From the NCBI GenBank assembly GCA_037441705.1, contig JBBIRR010000001.1, forward strand, positions 32,001 to 96,000: a stretch of DNA of 64,000 bases. Direction: 5' to 3'. The position numbers and the translations under genes are program-made. This stretch comes from Ignavibacteriales bacterium. Its GTDB lineage: Bacteria; Bacteroidota; Ignavibacteria; UBA10030; UBA6906. A model generated the notes under the pieces. That model searched no databases, had not been told where the DNA came from, and worked only from the letters and a program-made list of their open reading frames with translations. Below are positions 20,925-30,627 of the stretch, piece by piece. Position 1 is the first letter of the stretch. Every line of letters starts with the position of its first letter.

Positions 20925-22117
20925 AAACTCTCGTACACGTACACATTGTTCAGGATCGGGTCGTACTGGTGATGCGCAAGAATCCGCTCGAGGATAGAGC
21001 TGGAGATGACAGATTTTTCGGAAAGAAGTTTCGTGCCGTTCCCTGTCGTCAGATCGTGCGCAATCACCATTCCCACTTTCAGGTCGTACACCGACACCTG
21101 TCTCTTTCCCTCACGCCATGAAGGGTTCTCGATCGCTTCGAGATACTCGATCATGAGCTGAACAACGTGGGAATCGAGAACCGTGCCGCGCAGGCGGCTC
21201 AGTGTGGCGGTGAGCTGTTCCAGCGTCATGTTCGGCCGGGTAGATTCGACCTCGACAACGTTGATGGCACGCAGGATCCGGGAGGGCAGCGGAATCTGAT
21301 CATGGTGGAGTTTCTCCGGGCCGCCCGTTCCATCGAAGTTCTCCATCTGATGGCGAATATAGATGCCCACCTCGCGCAGGCGCGGAATGCCCATCAGCGT
21401 CTGCTGTCCCATGAGCGGGAAATGCGACATCGCCGTGCGCTCGATATCGGTAAGTTGCGCAAGCGGCTTCTTCAGAAGCTCATCGGGAAGATTCACTTTT
21501 CCAATTTCGTGCAGTCTGGCGGCGATTTCCAGCGTCTTCAGCTCGGCGTCGGTCATGCCGAGTCGGCCGCCGATCCAGCGGGCCATTGCCGCGGCCCTCT
21601 CGGCGCGGAGCGAGGCGCTCGGCACGCGCTGCCCGATAATGTGTGACAGCAGCGCGATGACGCCCATGAAATCATCTTCCAACTCCTTGCACACCTGAGC
21701 GAGCTTTTGCCTGTCCGCCTCCAGCTCATCGTTGAGGCTCTTGATGCGCAATGCCGCACGGATGTGCGAGAGAAGTTCTTCCGTATTGAACGGCTTCGTC
21801 AGATAATCGTCGGCCCCGATGTCGAGTCCGCGAATGCGCTGTTCCACCGTCGTGGCCGAGGTAAGCATAATGAACATGGCCCGGCGCAGAACGGGGTGTG
21901 CCTTCATCTTCTTGCACAGCGTAAATCCATCCTCCTCCGGCATGTAATAGTCGCTGACGACAACATCCGGCGGATGCTTCTCAGCAATCTGCATGGCCAT
22001 CGGCCCACTGGTTGCCGTCAACACCACATAATCCGAAAAGGACTGGACCGTGTGGGCAATCACCTGCAACTGAACCTCGTCGTCATCAACGAGCAGAATC
22101 CGCGGTGTCTTGCTCAT
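20921..22117 (-). CDS. Response regulator with degenerate HD-GYP-like domain and C-terminal small domain
   Basis: REC (LLVDDD, SDYYMP, GADDYLTKPF), then LHEIGK and ENFDGTGGP in place of HD and GYP. Confidence 0.85.
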   Translation of the reverse strand: MSKTPRILLVDDDEVQLQVIAHTVQSFSDYVVLTATSGPMAMQIAEKHPPDVVVSDYYMPEEDGFTLCKKMKAHPVLRRAMFIMLTSATTVEQRIRGLDIGADDYLTKPFNTEELLSHIRAALRIKSLNDELEADRQKLAQVCKELEDDFMGVIALLSHIIGQRVPSASLRAERAAAMARWIGGRLGMTDAELKTLEIAARLHEIGKVNLPDELLKKPLAQLTDIERTAMSHFPLMGQQTLMGIPRLREVGIYIRHQMENFDGTGGPEKLHHDQIPLPSRILRAINVVEVESTRPNMTLEQLTATLSRLRGTVLDSHVVQLMIEYLEAIENPSWREGKRQVSVYDLKVGMVIAHDLTTGNGTKLLSEKSVISSSILERILAHHQYDPILNNVYVYESF

Positions 22118-22118
22118 G

Positions 22119-22886
22119 CTACGAAATCCCTTCAAACTTGATAAGGATGCTGATTCTTCGGTTCGAGTCGTCGAACGGCCGATTGCGATCACGCAGCTTC
22201 CGGTCGGCGTAGCCGCGCACTTCCAAAATTTGCTCGGGCCGCACGCCCGATGTCATCAGGAGGCGCCGCGCAGCGTTTGCACGATCGGCGCTCAGTTCGA
22301 AGTTCGTGTAGCCGTCGAGGCGCGAATACGGTCGGCTGTCGGTGTGCCCTTCCAGCACGACCATGTTCGGGAGCTTGCCCACTTCTCGGGCGATGGCGGT
22401 GAGGATACCGACAGCTTCCGGCTTCAAGCGCGCCGTGCCGATATCGAAGTATGCGTTCTCTGCAGACTCGTACAATTCGATGCGCAAGCCTTCTTCCGTG
22501 AATTCTATGGCCATTTGACGTGTCAGCTTCGCCAGCGAAGAGTCTTTCTGCACCTGTTCCTTGATCGTTTGCGCAACCTGTTCGAGCCGCTTGCTGTCCC
22601 GCTGGAGGTTTTCGTCAATCGTCTGTTGTGTCGCCAGCACGCTGTTGCCGGCGAACATGCCACCGCCTTTGGTGTTTTCGAAAAACGCGCCCGGGTCTTT
22701 GAAGTAGTTTGCAACATACTGCCGGACCTGCTTGCTCTGTCCGACGATCCACAGGACGATGAACAGGGCCATCATGGCGGTCACGAAATCGGCGTACGCA
22801 ACTTTCCACGCGCCGCCATGGTGCCCATGTGCGGCATGCTTTTTTTTCCTGATGATGATGGGAACCTCGTGACCCGTCTTCGCCAT
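22119..22886 (-). CDS. motB: Flagellar stator protein MotB (copy 1)
   Basis: HHGGAWKVAYADFVTAMMALFIVLW; OmpA-like EGHTD, NFELSADRANAAR, NRRISI. Confidence 0.95.
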   Translation of the reverse strand: MAKTGHEVPIIIRKKKHAAHGHHGGAWKVAYADFVTAMMALFIVLWIVGQSKQVRQYVANYFKDPGAFFENTKGGGMFAGNSVLATQQTIDENLQRDSKRLEQVAQTIKEQVQKDSSLAKLTRQMAIEFTEEGLRIELYESAENAYFDIGTARLKPEAVGILTAIAREVGKLPNMVVLEGHTDSRPYSRLDGYTNFELSADRANAARRLLMTSGVRPEQILEVRGYADRKLRDRNRPFDDSNRRISILIKFEGIS

Positions 22887-22907
22887 GGGTTTTGCTCTGC
22901 GCTTGCC

Positions 22908-23768
22908 TTATCCGTTCTTGATCGCGCGCACGGCCTGCTCCACCTCATCGAACGACGGGCGCACGTCGTTCACGATCACGCGCCTGGCAAACTCCACCAC
23001 CACCATCGGCGCATTGCCCTTCGCGTATGCCACAATCCCCGCCTTGATGCACTCCAGATAGCGGGATTCCGATTGACTCAAGAGATCAATATGCGTGGCC
23101 ATCGGGCCGATGAAGCCGTAGCACATCAGCACACCGAGAAACGTGCCGACAAGGGCGGCAGCCACCTTCTGGCCGATTTCCGTCGGCGGACCTTCGATTG
23201 CCTGCATCGTGATGACGATGCCGAGCACGGCCGCAACAATACCGAGACCCGGCAGCGCGTCGGCTACCTTCTGAATCATGCTGCTGGCTGCGCTCGACTC
23301 GTGGTGATGCGTCTCGATGTCCGTCTCCAGCATTGCTTCCAGATCGTGCGGCGGAACGCCGCCGCCCATCAGCAACTTCATCGTATCGGCAAAGTAATGG
23401 AGGGCATGCGTGTGCTGGATGAGAAACTTGTTTTTCGAAAAGATCGAACTCGACTCGGGCTTTTCGACGTGCCCCTCGATGGCGATCAAGCCCTCCCGTG
23501 TCGCGGCGTTGAACAGCTCGAACATCGTCTTGAGAAGATTGAGGTATTCCGTCTTGGTGTAGGGATCCCCTTTGAAGAGCATGCCGATTCTGCCGGCGAG
23601 TTTCTTCAGCACCCCGATGGGCGTCTGCACCATCAGCGACCCCACTGCCGCTCCTCCGATGATCATAAACTCCTCCGGCTGAAAAAGAACTGCAATGGGA
23701 CCGCCGTGAATGACAAAGCCGCCGATAACTCCAACGACGACCACAATGAATCCGATGATGACAAACAT
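22908..23768 (-). CDS. motA: Flagellar stator protein MotA (copy 1, enteric/long type)
   Basis: QPEEFMIIGGAAVG, DALPGLGIVAAVLG, AALVGTFLG, VEFARR. Confidence 0.95.
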   Translation of the reverse strand: MFVIIGFIVVVVGVIGGFVIHGGPIAVLFQPEEFMIIGGAAVGSLMVQTPIGVLKKLAGRIGMLFKGDPYTKTEYLNLLKTMFELFNAATREGLIAIEGHVEKPESSSIFSKNKFLIQHTHALHYFADTMKLLMGGGVPPHDLEAMLETDIETHHHESSAASSMIQKVADALPGLGIVAAVLGIVITMQAIEGPPTEIGQKVAAALVGTFLGVLMCYGFIGPMATHIDLLSQSESRYLECIKAGIVAYAKGNAPMVVVEFARRVIVNDVRPSFDEVEQAVRAIKNG

Positions 23769-23787
23769 GAGGACGTTTCTCCAACAC

Positions 23788-24036
23788 TCACGTATTCGAT
23801 TTTTCCGTCGGCTTGGTGAGAAGGCTTGCTGCCTTCACCGCCGTGCTTTTCTGCGTCTGTGCCGCTTCCGTGTTTTGCTGCTGAATCGCTGCGTAGATCT
23901 CCGCCCGATAAATCCTCACCGACTCCGGCGCCTCGATGCCGAGCTTCACCTGGCTTTCCGAAATAGAGAGCACCTTGATCCGAATGTGATCACCAATCTG
24001 GATCGCCTCATTGATTTTGCGTGCAAGGATCAGCAT
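23788..24036 (-). CDS. csrA: Carbon storage regulator CsrA
   Basis: [42 protein letters not shown], with the C-terminal extension typical of FliW-bound CsrA. Confidence 0.93.
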   Translation of the reverse strand: MLILARKINEAIQIGDHIRIKVLSISESQVKLGIEAPESVRIYRAEIYAAIQQQNTEAAQTQKSTAVKAASLLTKPTEKSNT

Positions 24037-24452
24037 TGGCGATCCTCTGCGGCAAATTCAAGCGGCTGCACCAGAGGATGATGGATTGCATAGAAATCAT
24101 GCTCCAGCACAACCTGTCGGGCAGTCCGCTGTGCCGTGTCAAAGAGAATCGGGCTGCGCAGGTTAATAGTAGACTGCTCGACCGGATCCTTCAACGCCGC
24201 CACCACGGCAACATGCGTCTTATTGTTCGGCAGTTCGATGCGATAGTCTTCCACAATCACATTGGGATCGAGGATGGGGAACGATATATCTTGATCCTCA
24301 ACCGACACGAGCCAGCGGAACGGCTCGCATGCAGGATCGGTCAGAATGATGAACCGCTTCAAGTGCTCGAAACCGATCAGCCCTTCAGAAAACTCGTACA
24401 CATTCTCCTGCTCGAACTCGATCTCACCAAATTGGCGATTAAACCACTTCAT
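24030..24452 (-). CDS. fliW: Flagellar assembly factor FliW
   Basis: [29 protein letters not shown]; adjacent to csrA. Confidence 0.92.
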   Translation of the reverse strand: MKWFNRQFGEIEFEQENVYEFSEGLIGFEHLKRFIILTDPACEPFRWLVSVEDQDISFPILDPNVIVEDYRIELPNNKTHVAVVAALKDPVEQSTINLRSPILFDTAQRTARQVVLEHDFYAIHHPLVQPLEFAAEDRQC

Positions 24453-25171
24453 GATCTCTCCTTTTGTTGTTGAGCGAGCGCCGCTGCCTTCGGCGCAATG
24501 ACCACAATATCCACCCGACGGTTCTTTGCCCTGTTTTCGATTGATGTATTTGGGACTAACGGTCTCTGATCCGCGTAGCCGGCAAGCGTCACTTTGCCCG
24601 GGTCCAGCCCCTGGCGCCGCATCATATATTCGCCGGTGCTGACAGCCCGCGCAACAGAAAGGTGCCAGTTCGAGGGAAATGTTGCTGTTGCAATCGGCAC
24701 GTTATCCGTGTGTCCTTCGATGCGGATCTCATTTGGAACCGTTTTGAGCACGCTGGCCAGCAAATCGAGGCTGCCGAGCGATGAACGCTTGAGCTGGGCG
24801 CTTCCGGAGGCAAACAGGAGTTCTTCCGATAGATGAACAACGACGCCGCGCTCGTCTTGCGAGAGGCTGGCCAACCCCGCGCGGATATCGTCGTACAACG
24901 CTCCGCGGATCTTGCTTTCGATCTCGAGACGGTCGGGGCTGGTGTTCTCCGGCGGTAAGGCGACCGGTGTAATGGCGATCGAGGTTCCGAACAAGCCTCC
25001 AAGCGCCTGCACGACGCGCGAATACCGGGTGCTGTCCACTTCCGACATTGCATACAAGATCACAAACAATCCTAACAACAACGTAATCAGGTCGGCGTAC
25101 GTGAGCAGCCACCGATCGGTGTTCTGATGGACGTCCGTCCCCTTCTGATATCGTGTTCGTGTGCGTCTCAT
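24449..25171 (-). CDS. motB: Flagellar stator protein MotB/PomB/MotS-like (copy 2)
   Basis: WLLTYADLITLLLGLFVILYAMS; EGHTDNVPI, SNWHLSVARA, NRRVDI. Confidence 0.92.
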   Translation of the reverse strand: MRRTRTRYQKGTDVHQNTDRWLLTYADLITLLLGLFVILYAMSEVDSTRYSRVVQALGGLFGTSIAITPVALPPENTSPDRLEIESKIRGALYDDIRAGLASLSQDERGVVVHLSEELLFASGSAQLKRSSLGSLDLLASVLKTVPNEIRIEGHTDNVPIATATFPSNWHLSVARAVSTGEYMMRRQGLDPGKVTLAGYADQRPLVPNTSIENRAKNRRVDIVVIAPKAAALAQQQKERS

Positions 25172-25950
25172 GTGTATCGTCGTTCCTCCTGCGTCGCGGG
25201 CAGCATGCCTTCCAGTTTGGCTTTGATGACGCTCGGCACCTCGCCGGCCTGAATGCCGAGCACGCCTTCGAGGGCAACATCCAGGTGATGGTGTTCTTCA
25301 TCGTGAATTCGTCTGAGCTTATCATACAGCGGCAGCCAGACGATGTTCGCCATAAGCACTCCCCAGAGTGTCGCGATGAATGCGCTGGCAATATGCCGTA
25401 TCAGGATGTCCGGCTCTGCACCGGCAGCAGCCAGCGTCGCTATCAATCCCATCACTGTTCCGATGATTCCCATCGTGGGCGAGTAGCCCCCCATCTTATG
25501 AAACAGCATTGCATTCTTTTCATGCCGGTCGCTCATGTAATGCAGTTCCGTTTCCGCAACGCTTCGGAGGCTGTGCGGGTCAATGCCGTCAATGAGCAAA
25601 CGCAGCAGCCGCCGGACAAACGGATGCGGCGCCGAATCCACATATTTTTCGAGAGCGAACAACCCTTCCTTCCGCGCAATCGTTGCAAGCTGCACAATGG
25701 AGTTGATCGTGCCCCGCACTTCCTGCTGCGGCGGACGCATTGCCAGCCACATCAATCTCCCGATGCGGCCCACGGTACGCATCGAAGTCCCGATCATCGC
25801 TGCGGCAATCGTTCCCCCAAAAACAATCAGCAGCGCCGGACCGAGAATGAGCGCGCCGATGGTGCCTCCTTCGAGTGCGAAGGAGCCGAACACAACCGCG
25901 AACCCCAGGAGCAGGCCGAGTATTGTCCCGGCATCCCATCGACTGTTCAT
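25168..25950 (-). CDS. motA: Flagellar stator protein MotA/PomA/MotP-like (copy 2)
   Basis: IVFGGT, ARKEGLFALE, GYSPTMGIIGTVMGLI, AFIATLWG. Confidence 0.92.
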   Translation of the reverse strand: MNSRWDAGTILGLLLGFAVVFGSFALEGGTIGALILGPALLIVFGGTIAAAMIGTSMRTVGRIGRLMWLAMRPPQQEVRGTINSIVQLATIARKEGLFALEKYVDSAPHPFVRRLLRLLIDGIDPHSLRSVAETELHYMSDRHEKNAMLFHKMGGYSPTMGIIGTVMGLIATLAAAGAEPDILIRHIASAFIATLWGVLMANIVWLPLYDKLRRIHDEEHHHLDVALEGVLGIQAGEVPSVIKAKLEGMLPATQEERRYT

Positions 25951-25951
25951 G

Positions 25952-26839
25952 CTATTGCAAAAAATCCATGAGAGATCTCGGCAGCAGGCGCGCAGCCGCG
26001 CTCAATGCCGCGTCCAGCATCAACTCCTCCTTCTTGAGCAGCAGCGATGCTTCGGCAAAATCCGTATCCTCATCAGCGGAAAGCAGCGCTGCGAGTTGAT
26101 CCGCCTGCTTCTGCAACACCTGGTTTTGCATGTCAAGCGAGGTGAGCATATGCCCGGCGGTTCCGGTTTGTCCGGAGACGTATTTCATGAACCCGTCAAC
26201 GGCATCGAGCTGCGCTGCGGTCGGCGGTGTCCCGCCGCGCATCGCATCGCGGATAGCGATCAACTCCTGAAAGATCGCCGCACCCTGAAACGCCTGCTGG
26301 CCGTCAATGTTGATTACCTGCAATGCCCCTTCGTTGACCGGTATCTCGATCGTCCCGGTAATGCCGTTGGGATTGACCGTCACATTCGAGCGGTCCGGTG
26401 CAAGAATAAACGGCGGGTCGGTGGTTTGCGTCCCGCCAAAAAGGTACTTGCCATTGAATCGCGTGTTTGCCGTTTGGACCGCGTCCGTCAGCAGGCGGTC
26501 AAGCTCGTCGGCCAGCGTCCTCAGTTCGGAGGTGCGGCCGCCACTGCGCGCCCGCGTCACAATATCTTTTGCATCGATCAGAAGATCGGTGAAGCGGCTG
26601 AGGGCCTGTTCCGTTGCCTGCAACATTGCCTGCCCGTCGGCGACATTCTTCTGAAACTGATCATTGCGGGCGATCGTGTTTTTCAGCCGAAGAATGCGTT
26701 CGGCCACCTCAGCATCGTCCGACGGTTGGAGCACACGCCGTCCGGTGGAGATCTGATCCTGCAACCGGCTCATGCGCGCGCGAGCGTTATTCACATTCCT
26801 CAAGAAACTGCTGGTAAACATGTTGTCCGTAACGCGCAT
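25952..26839 (-). CDS. flgL: Hook-filament junction protein FlgL
   Basis: MRVT, QISTGRRVLQPSDD, NGKYLFGG, C-terminal SLMDFL. Confidence 0.93.
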   Translation of the reverse strand: MRVTDNMFTSSFLRNVNNARARMSRLQDQISTGRRVLQPSDDAEVAERILRLKNTIARNDQFQKNVADGQAMLQATEQALSRFTDLLIDAKDIVTRARSGGRTSELRTLADELDRLLTDAVQTANTRFNGKYLFGGTQTTDPPFILAPDRSNVTVNPNGITGTIEIPVNEGALQVINIDGQQAFQGAAIFQELIAIRDAMRGGTPPTAAQLDAVDGFMKYVSGQTGTAGHMLTSLDMQNQVLQKQADQLAALLSADEDTDFAEASLLLKKEELMLDAALSAAARLLPRSLMDFLQ

Positions 26840-26841
26840 GG

Positions 26842-28212
26842 CTACACCATATTCAAAATGGTTTGGATGAGTTCGTCGGTGGTCTGCACGACGCGAGCCG
26901 CTGCTTCAAACGAACGCTGGAATTTGATCATGTTCGTCATTTCTTCATCGAGCGACACGCCGGAGACCGATTCACGCTGCATGCTCAGCTGCGCCAGCAC
27001 AAGCTCCGTGCCCCTGCCGGTGCCTTCCGCTGACGACACCGCCGAGCCGATGGTGCTGACGAAGTTTCCATAGTACTGCGCGAGGGTCTGCGTGTTGTTG
27101 CTCATGATCTGTTCGGTGCTGATGCCGAAGAGAGCTAAGGCCGTCCGGTTGTCGCCCGGGGCGCCCGTGCTGGAAGCAGCAATGTTATTGATGTTGGAAC
27201 TGATCTGGGTATTGATGGCAATTCCCGCAGCCCCGCTGCCGGTGAAAAAGTCGATGCCGGTTGGGGGTGGATTCCCCAGACCGTAGCCTGCCGCGTGCAC
27301 AGCGTTAACGCGTGCGATGAGCGCGTTTGCCATGTCGTCGAGCTGTGTCATATAGGCGGGAATGGTTGTATTGTACAGCTCCATCGCGCTTCCTAATTCT
27401 CCGCCCGAGATGTTCACGTCTTGGCCTCCCGGAGCAGTCACTTTGAACACGCCGTTGGCGAGAGAACTTTGAAGGGCCACCGACGTTCCATTGCCCGCCA
27501 CCATCACGCCGCCAATCGAAACGATCATGACCCCCTGGCTGTCGAGCGAGGCGGTAATCGAGGTAAGCTGCGAGAGTTGATCGAGTGCCAGATCCCGTTG
27601 ATCCATCAAATCGCTGGGGACGTTGCCGCCCGATGTGCGTGCAACTGCAATCTGGCGATTCAGTTCTCCGATCTGTCGTGTCAACTCGTTGATGCGAAGG
27701 ACCTTGTTGCTGGCATCGTCGGCAATGGTGTTGCGCTGCGTTGTGAAGCTCGCACTGATGCGATTAAAGGTCGACACGAGCCGCGTGGCTTGCTGCAGCA
27801 CGGCCTGCCGCGGTGCGCTTTCTTCGGGATGCGACGCAAGCTCCTGAAAACTATTGAAAAAGCCGCTGAGCAGGGCCTGCAGTCCGTTTTCGGACGGTTC
27901 GCCCAACCCTGCCTCGATCTGGCTCAGGATGGTGTGTCGCATCGAAGCAGAGCCGAGCGAGCTGTTTGCCTGACGGAACTGCGTGTCGACAAATCGATCA
28001 CGCAAACGCTCGATGGCATCTACGGTAACGCCCGTCCCCAACAGAAAGCCCTGAGCATTCTTCAGCGGCAGCGTAGCCCCGAGATCTACACGCTGACGCG
28101 TGTAGCCCGCTGCATTCGCATTCGCGATGTTATGGCTCGTCACGTTCATCGCCGTAGTTTGCGCGGCGATGCCGCGGCGCCCTAACTCCAATAATCCGAA
28201 CAGTCCCGGCAT
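26842..28212 (-). CDS. flgK: Hook-associated protein FlgK
   Basis: TSHNIANANAAGYTRQ, DLMDQRD, SVSGVSLDEEMTNMIKFQRSFEAAAR. Confidence 0.95.
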   Translation of the reverse strand: MPGLFGLLELGRRGIAAQTTAMNVTSHNIANANAAGYTRQRVDLGATLPLKNAQGFLLGTGVTVDAIERLRDRFVDTQFRQANSSLGSASMRHTILSQIEAGLGEPSENGLQALLSGFFNSFQELASHPEESAPRQAVLQQATRLVSTFNRISASFTTQRNTIADDASNKVLRINELTRQIGELNRQIAVARTSGGNVPSDLMDQRDLALDQLSQLTSITASLDSQGVMIVSIGGVMVAGNGTSVALQSSLANGVFKVTAPGGQDVNISGGELGSAMELYNTTIPAYMTQLDDMANALIARVNAVHAAGYGLGNPPPTGIDFFTGSGAAGIAINTQISSNINNIAASSTGAPGDNRTALALFGISTEQIMSNNTQTLAQYYGNFVSTIGSAVSSAEGTGRGTELVLAQLSMQRESVSGVSLDEEMTNMIKFQRSFEAAARVVQTTDELIQTILNMV

Positions 28213-28221
28213 AATGTCCTC

Positions 28222-28680
28222 TTAGATCGTCCTATCAACCAACGATCGTGCGTAATCGTTGGTCACAATGCGCAGTGTTTCCCGCACAAATCTGCGCGAG
28301 TGTTCAATCAGAAACTGATTGGCTTGATTCAACTTCATCATCTTCTCGATGGCAGCAAGCAACCTGCTGCTAACGTCCGATAGCCGCACCGCATCGTTCC
28401 TCTCGAGACGGCTCAATAGTGCAGAAAGGTTGACCGGCCGGGACTCGTCCGCGGCTTCCGGAGCGACCGTGTGCCAGAGCTCTCGCGTCAGACGTTCCCG
28501 TTCGTGTTCCAACCCTTCCAGCGGAATCATCAACTCCTGCTGTTGATCAACTGTCGCGACAACTGCTTCAGTATCGCATGCGACGAGTGCCCGCTGCTGC
28601 TGGGTAATGACATCGACCAGCTTTTCGGCGATCTCGGCTTCGGTTGCCATCACCTCAGCCAGATGGTGGATGCTATTCAT
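28222..28680 (-). CDS. flgN: Flagellar export chaperone FlgN
   Basis: Helical protein with LE.ER and NQANQFLI motifs, directly upstream of flgK. Confidence 0.8.
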   Translation of the reverse strand: MNSIHHLAEVMATEAEIAEKLVDVITQQQRALVACDTEAVVATVDQQQELMIPLEGLEHERERLTRELWHTVAPEAADESRPVNLSALLSRLERNDAVRLSDVSSRLLAAIEKMMKLNQANQFLIEHSRRFVRETLRIVTNDYARSLVDRTI

Positions 28681-29509
28681 GATCGTTCTCCTCTTGTTCG
28701 ATCATTTCGACGAAGTTCAACACGCGCCTGACATACTCCTGCGTCTCGCGGTACGGCGGAATGCCGCCATGGCGCTGCACAGCCGCGGGTCCGGCGTTGT
28801 ACGAAGCAAGTGCGAGACGTTCATCTCCTTCAAACTGCTCGAGAAGCTGTTTCAGATACTTCGCACCGCCGAGAATATTCTCTCGAGGATCCCACACGTT
28901 CTGCACGCCCATGGCTTGCGCCGTTGAATCAATCAGCTGCATCAACCCTTTTGCTTCTTTTGCCGATTGTGCATCCGGGCGCGCACCGGACTCCGCCGCG
29001 ATGACAGCACGGATCAGGCTATCCCTTACGCCGAAGCGCCCTGCTGCTTCCGCAATGTATCCATCGTACAGGCGCAGCCGCTCCCGAAATGTTTTCGGCA
29101 TCCCTTCACGCGGTAGCGGAGAGTTCTCCTGCTGCGCGCTGGGCCGAACTGTCGTCGTTCGCCGCCCCGAGGCAGGTGGCGGGACAGGTGTTGCAGCGTT
29201 CGTCCGTTGTGCCTCTGCAAGCGACTCGCCCGTCATCTTCCGGTAAAGCATTTCCGCCAGACCCAGATTGCTGTTGCGCGAGATGTGCCTCGCCAGCTCA
29301 ACGTCGAACAGGCCCTCGAGCATATCGGTGCCAAAGCTGTCAGTAGAATTATCGGCCTTTTCGACAGTGTTCCTCATGCTTTTCAGCATGTATCCCACGA
29401 AAATGGATTCGAACTCACGAACCGCCTTCTGAAGCTTCAGCCGTTGTGACGCATCGAGCTTGGGCCGCGTGGCACTGACCTGAAGGGATTGTTCACCGTT
29501 GAGCGTCAT
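28673..29509 (-). CDS. flgJ: FlgJ: rod-binding domain fused to SLT (GH23) lytic transglycosylase
   Basis: EFESIFVGYMLKSMR, LGLAEMLYRKM; then IAAESG, AKGLMQL, ALASYNAGP, PPYRETQEYV. Confidence 0.88.
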   Translation of the reverse strand: MTLNGEQSLQVSATRPKLDASQRLKLQKAVREFESIFVGYMLKSMRNTVEKADNSTDSFGTDMLEGLFDVELARHISRNSNLGLAEMLYRKMTGESLAEAQRTNAATPVPPPASGRRTTTVRPSAQQENSPLPREGMPKTFRERLRLYDGYIAEAAGRFGVRDSLIRAVIAAESGARPDAQSAKEAKGLMQLIDSTAQAMGVQNVWDPRENILGGAKYLKQLLEQFEGDERLALASYNAGPAAVQRHGGIPPYRETQEYVRRVLNFVEMIEQEENDHE

Positions 29510-29510
29510 G

Positions 29511-30617
29511 TCAGATAATAATCAGTTCCGCTTTCAATGCTCCTGCTTCTTTCAGCGCCTGGAAGATGGCGATGATGTCACGCGCGCCCACCTTCAATGT
29601 GTTCAACGCTTTCGCAACATCCTGCACCGTCGCGGCGCCCTCCAGTGCAACCACCACCGACGTATCCACCTGTGCCGACACCGTCGTCAACTGCGTCACA
29701 ACGGTTTGCCCCTGCGAGAAGGCGTTTGGCTGTGAGACGACAGGAGTGGATTGGATGTCGATGTTCAATGCACCGTGTGAGATAGCAACCGGCAGCAGCG
29801 TCACCGCTCCCCCGACCACAATCGTTCCTGTCTTCTCGTTGATGACGACTTTTGCAGCGACATCCGGCGTCACTTCCAGCAACTCGACCTGCGAGATAAA
29901 ATCCACCAACGTGCCGTTGCGGCGGACTTCCTCGGGCACGGTCAGCGAGACGGTCGAAGCATCGTTAGCGCGTGCAATTGTGTTGCCGAATTTAGAATTC
30001 ACCTGCTCGGCAATTCTGCTTGCCGTCGTGAAGTCCGCCTGCGTGAGCACAATGAACAACGTCGAGTCCTTGCTCCAATCGGCACCGGTGGATTTCTCGA
30101 GGATGGCGCCGCCGGGAATGCGTCCTGCCGCCGTATGATTGCGGCGCACTTCGTTGCCCCCCTGCCGCACGCCCATGCCACCCACCGAAATCGGCCCCTG
30201 CGCCATCGCATAGACTTCTCCTTCGATCCCCGAAAGCGGCGTCATCAGAAGGGTTCCGCCTTGCAGGTTCGTTGCATCGCCCATCGAGGAGACCGTCACA
30301 TCAACAACTCCCCCCTCTTTGGCAAAGCTCGGAACGGTGGCCGTGACCATAACGGCGGCAACGTTGCGCAACCGCAGATCCGCTTGCGGAACGGTGATGC
30401 CAAAACGCTTTAGCATGCTCGTAACCGACTGGAGCGTGAAGGTCGAGCGCTGCGTGTCGCCTGTTCCGTTCAATCCCACAACAAGCCCGTACCCGATGAG
30501 CTGCTTCCCCTTCACGCCCTGCAGGTACGCAATGTCTTTGATGCGCGCAGCCGAGTGAGCCATGCACACAACCAAGACCGTGAGCAGCAAAGTGGGAATG
30601 AGTTTCCGCACGTTCAT
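29511..30617 (-). CDS. flgI: Flagellar P-ring protein
   Basis: RIKDI, LIGYGLVVGLNGTGD, NVAAVMVTA, LKEAGALKAEL. Confidence 0.96.
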   Translation of the reverse strand: MNVRKLIPTLLLTVLVVCMAHSAARIKDIAYLQGVKGKQLIGYGLVVGLNGTGDTQRSTFTLQSVTSMLKRFGITVPQADLRLRNVAAVMVTATVPSFAKEGGVVDVTVSSMGDATNLQGGTLLMTPLSGIEGEVYAMAQGPISVGGMGVRQGGNEVRRNHTAAGRIPGGAILEKSTGADWSKDSTLFIVLTQADFTTASRIAEQVNSKFGNTIARANDASTVSLTVPEEVRRNGTLVDFISQVELLEVTPDVAAKVVINEKTGTIVVGGAVTLLPVAISHGALNIDIQSTPVVSQPNAFSQGQTVVTQLTTVSAQVDTSVVVALEGAATVQDVAKALNTLKVGARDIIAIFQALKEAGALKAELIII

Positions 30618-30627
30618 GGTGCCCTCC

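Noticed and set aside
22110-27073. Long plus-strand ORFs (22110-23819, 25583-27073)
   Set aside because: Antisense to motAB, flgL and flgK, with no protein-like signatures.
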